A stretch of 64,000 bases of DNA, from NCBI GenBank assembly GCA_030167865.1, contig JALAGF010003770.1, positions 1-64,000 on the forward strand. Direction: 5' to 3'. The position numbers and the translations under genes were made by a program. The stretch is from Craspedostauros australis. Lineage: Eukaryota. The notes below the pieces were generated by a model. That model worked only from the letters and a program-made list of their open reading frames with translations, searched no databases and was not told the origin of the DNA. Positions 60,528 through 64,000 of this stretch are shown here, piece by piece. Every line of letters begins with the position of its first letter. Position 1 is the stretch's first letter.

Positions 60528-62398
60528 GATGGTGGTGCTGATGGTGGCAATGGGGCCGATGCTGCTGATGCTGCTGATTTATGACACCAATGTGTGGGAT
60601 TGCCCTTGGTTTGTCTGAAGAGTATCTTAGAATCGCGGCCACAATCACAACCACACTCAGGATCACCCTCTTCCAGAGCTATGGTATTGAGTGGCAATAC
60701 GATCGTCTGGAGCGAAGACGATGTGATCCCTGTTGTCAAGGGACGCGCAACAAGTTGTGGCTGATGAGATGACAGTGGCCGAACTCAGTGATTGGCGGAT
60801 CAATCAAAGGCCTTCTGGTTTGTTTTGTTCCGTTTCTCTCGCTCGTTTCTTTCCTCGTTGGTTTGTCAGGTCCTAAGTTGATGACGAATCGGCACGATGG
60901 CGATCAGAATTGTCTGTCGATGGGAACTCAGATGGAGAAAGGGGAGAGATGCTGTGGTGCGATGGTGAACAATGCAAAGCAATGCAATGCAACGTGTGGA
61001 AGATGGAAGGACTTCGGTTGTCAAGCGAGGTGATGCGGGAAGGTTGCTGCTTGCCTGCGATGGAGTTGAATGGGTTGACACTTGCTCAGTTGCGTGTACC
61101 AGTGTGTGACCCTGCTTTCTGATGTGTTGGTGTTGGTGTTGTCGTTGGTGTTGTCGTTGGCGTGATTGGACGTGGCTGTGTTCAATTTGATTGGAATGTT
61201 GCAATGGTGTGCTTCCGCAATTTGCTTGATGTTTGATGTTGGTGATGGATGTTGGTGATGGTGATGGTGATGGATGTTGATGTCGACTGTGCGATTGGTA
61301 GTATTATGGGTGCTGGCTGAGTGGAAGGCGTCAAGGAGGACGGTGCTCTGTTTGCGCTCTCTGTTTCGTTGGTGCTCCTTTGTTGCCTCCTCTTCCTCCT
61401 CTTTTCTCGATTCCTGATTCGTCGACGAGCGAAAAAGGTCAGTGGCGATTGTCACGTTCTGTTCTTGTTTGCCTCCACACGGCCGTTTTGGTCTTGGAAG
61501 ATGCCGCCAGGGCTGCGATGTACGAGTAACAGACACCATGTCACACGACACGATGCGGCGTGGTGATGTTTACTTGTGTCGTGTGTGTCACGTTGTGTGA
61601 TTTGGGACGACGATGATGATGGTGATGCCTCTTCTTTGGGTCCCGTTCTGTTTGAGATCCGAAACGTGGTCCAGAGCGTTGTCGTGGTCGCTGACATCGC
61701 TCCACCGTGATTCCTCGCTTAAACACGGCGATCCATCCACGACTGTTCCTCAGACGTCCTCGATGTCAATTCAGACACGTCGAACCAATGAGGAACAGAG
61801 GAATACGAAGAAGCGTTCTCTTGTGACCTTTGTCGCAGTTGTCTTGACATCCGTGTTCAATCCGGGAACGAAGTTTGGGCGTGTTTGGCGATACACTGCA
61901 ATGAACGTTAACAAAGCGTTTATTTAACGGTTAATGACACGTTCCGTTCTGTCCGTGACCTGACTTGATTGATGACTAGTGTGAAACATCACAAAGAGGT
62001 CACAAACAACCAACCACTCATTCCTGTTTCACGCACTGGAGCGTCGAGAGTTGGGCCGGGCAGAGTCCAGTGCGACAGAGTAGTCCGCATCAACGGACAG
62101 TGCTGCGCATCAGAATCTGCGTTCCGTCAATCTGAAAATGGCGAATGCATCTGATACTACTACGGGTACGACCTATGACTGTGTGAATCCTAATGGAGCC
62201 GAACAGAGAAGAGGGCATTGTAGTCGTAGTGCATTGCGCGGCATAGTCCGTGCTTGCACAAATGTTCATATTCTCCCATTTCGATCCATTCCATCCGGAT
62301 TCATTCCACTCCAGTCCACTCCTGTCCAATGTATGTGAGCACCCTTGTACCTGCACGAGCACATATGCATTGGTTTTGCGCATTCGCGACAGATCATC

Positions 62399-63205
62399 TC
62401 ATCTGATGCGCCTGGCCACCCACAGACCGCTCGCCAGTATCGCAACTGCAGCATTCAGGGGCTTGCCTTCCTCCATCATTTTCCGCATGGAATCGCTGCC
62501 CTGCCTTCCCGTCAGCATCGCCGCGAACGGAACGTTGGACGTCTCCGCATCATAGCGCGGATCCAACGTGCCGCCCATCCCGCGTCGGAACCGTGAATCG
62601 GTGTGCGCGCCACCCAACCAGGCAATTGCGACGGGTCCTGTCCACCAGATTTGCAGGGGAATGCTGGACGCCATCATGGCCTGACCCAAGCCGATCAAAC
62701 CGAAGGACCACAATCCGGGATGGCGCGAGATACGCTCCAACCCGTGCAAGGCGCTGCCATCCTGATTCTTGCCATGCGCAAAGTCGAATGGGCATCGCAC
62801 CTGCAAATTCCATGACGCGTTGGCTGGTGCAGGCCCCGCCGATGCATCGGGATTGACGAGCGCGAAGGGAATCTGCAACTTGGGCAGCGTCTGCGTCGCC
62901 ATGGCCAATCCCATGGAAAGGAAGACGAATCCAGCTGCCGCAGGGGTCGGCGGAAGCCGCTTGGTCCACAGCCGCAAGGCCGGATCCATTGGTCCCTTGC
63001 GGATGCGGTAGTACGTGTAACCGATGGATGCTGTCGCGATGGTGGAGAAGGTTCCGTACACCGCGTGGTATTGATCATCGCCCAGCTGCTCTATGATCCA
63101 TGTGCGATTCTCGGACAGCACGGCATTCTCCAGGATGAAGAACATCCAGCCTCCTGCCGCCCATCGCACTGCCGGCTGTGCGCGGGCGATGGACAGTATC
63201 GTCAT
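62399..63205 (-). CDS. NnrU/Z-ISO-family integral membrane protein
   Basis: R...LG...Y..VY helix, GLERISRHPGLW, GGAHTDSR and TSNVPFAAM match the NnrU-type pattern (ITRHP...D.R...TS.xPF). Several TM segments. Confidence 0.7.
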   Translation of the reverse strand: MTILSIARAQPAVRWAAGGWMFFILENAVLSENRTWIIEQLGDDQYHAVYGTFSTIATASIGYTYYRIRKGPMDPALRLWTKRLPPTPAAAGFVFLSMGLAMATQTLPKLQIPFALVNPDASAGPAPANASWNLQVRCPFDFAHGKNQDGSALHGLERISRHPGLWSFGLIGLGQAMMASSIPLQIWWTGPVAIAWLGGAHTDSRFRRGMGGTLDPRYDAETSNVPFAAMLTGRQGSDSMRKMMEEGKPLNAAVAILASGLWVARRIR

Positions 63206-63866
63206 GTCGTGATTCTGTTTCTGCTGCGTACGATACGACCACTAGTATGTACTGGTATGATGGTCTGTTGATGCGGTATGGAACAGGTGTGGTCGCGTTG
63301 ATGCCTCGTTTGGCCGTTCAATAGTACAACCAGGAATGCAGGAGTGTTGTCAACCACAGCAGAGTCTGTGCAAACGATCTGTTGCGTGCCGATCATTGAT
63401 TCAATGTGGAAGATGCTGTCATCGTCACTTCAGCATCGCGCCGTGAGCCGCTTCGTTTGGGTTCCGCGACTCTGTGTTGGTTCGGTTTGCCGTTTGTGAA
63501 TCAGCAAGCGTTTTCGTCATTTTGGAATCGAAGTGATCAGTTTCGTGAATGAAATGCACGACTCGTTGGACAGGAACGGGATGGGAGAACCCGGATATTT
63601 CAACCCAACAGGAACGAGAATGACCAAGACATCTGTTGCCCCCAATGCGCAAAGTTCACATCATTCGTGTTGACACGCGTTGTTTCTCATCTTTGTTGCC
63701 GTTGTGTTTTGTGTCTCCTTTGTGGGGATGGTGGTGCAATACCCTGGCTGATGGATTGGCGGGTGGGAAGACAATCCCGAGTGTGTGTGCTTCATTGACC
63801 ATTAATCAATTAATCAATCATTAGCCCAGCCATTCAGCTGTCCAACCATCCAGAGATACAAAGAAG

Positions 63867-64000
63867 ATGGCCCGATCAAGAGTGAATCCTGGCGGAGCCG
63901 CCGGAGATGCGGAAAGCCATCACAGCGGCAGCTCGTTGCCTTTCCTGCCGTTGGACAAGCAGCAGAACATGTCCCATGCGCACAGCAGTGGTCACAACAT
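63867..64000 (+). CDS. Possible 5' end of a gene running off the window
   Basis: ATG in an A-rich context (aagaagATGG) opens a GC-rich frame, MARSRVNPGGAAGDAESHH..., to the edge. No recognisable domain. Confidence 0.3.
   Translation, partial: MARSRVNPGGAAGDAESHHSGSSLPFLPLDKQQNMSHAHSSGHN

Overview
This is a eukaryotic window with GT-AG introns. It very probably comes from a diatom: it carries a DUF6824 protein, a diatom-type 'LGDNP' protein, diatom-type YALK/YRDLKP kinases, and signal peptide plus ASAFAP-like plastid leaders. The species cannot be determined. I reconstructed about 25 protein-coding genes by hand, many spliced and therefore fragmented in the ORF track. In order: a Patched/NPC1-like sterol-sensing protein (runs off the left edge), a protease-less FtsH-like AAA protein, phosphatidylinositol synthase, a PTEN-like protein, a tandem PDZ-like CaaX protein, three tandem paralogous membrane-anchored ML/NPC2-like proteins, an SLC35A nucleotide-sugar transporter, a tail-anchored TPR protein, a DUF6824 protein, a myosin, an AspH-type hydroxylase, a small 2-TM protein, an Mpr1/Spt10-like GNAT, a CSRNP-like protein, a degenerate adenylate-forming enzyme, RPL30, a GIGYF-like protein, an 8-exon secretory cyclophilin with a 12-nt micro-exon, a membrane-anchored GH28, LSm6, an inverted pair of paralogous kinases and an NnrU/Z-ISO-family protein. 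The best candidate for an undescribed system is the trio of type-I membrane proteins. They have NPC2-like cysteine spacing and a shared cytoplasmic motif (FEMM in two, YLEM in the third), and lie about 9 kb from an NPC1/Patched-like gene, among phosphoinositide genes. No tRNA, rRNA, CRISPR array or intact mobile element was recognised. All family calls come from motif recognition by eye; no database search was run.
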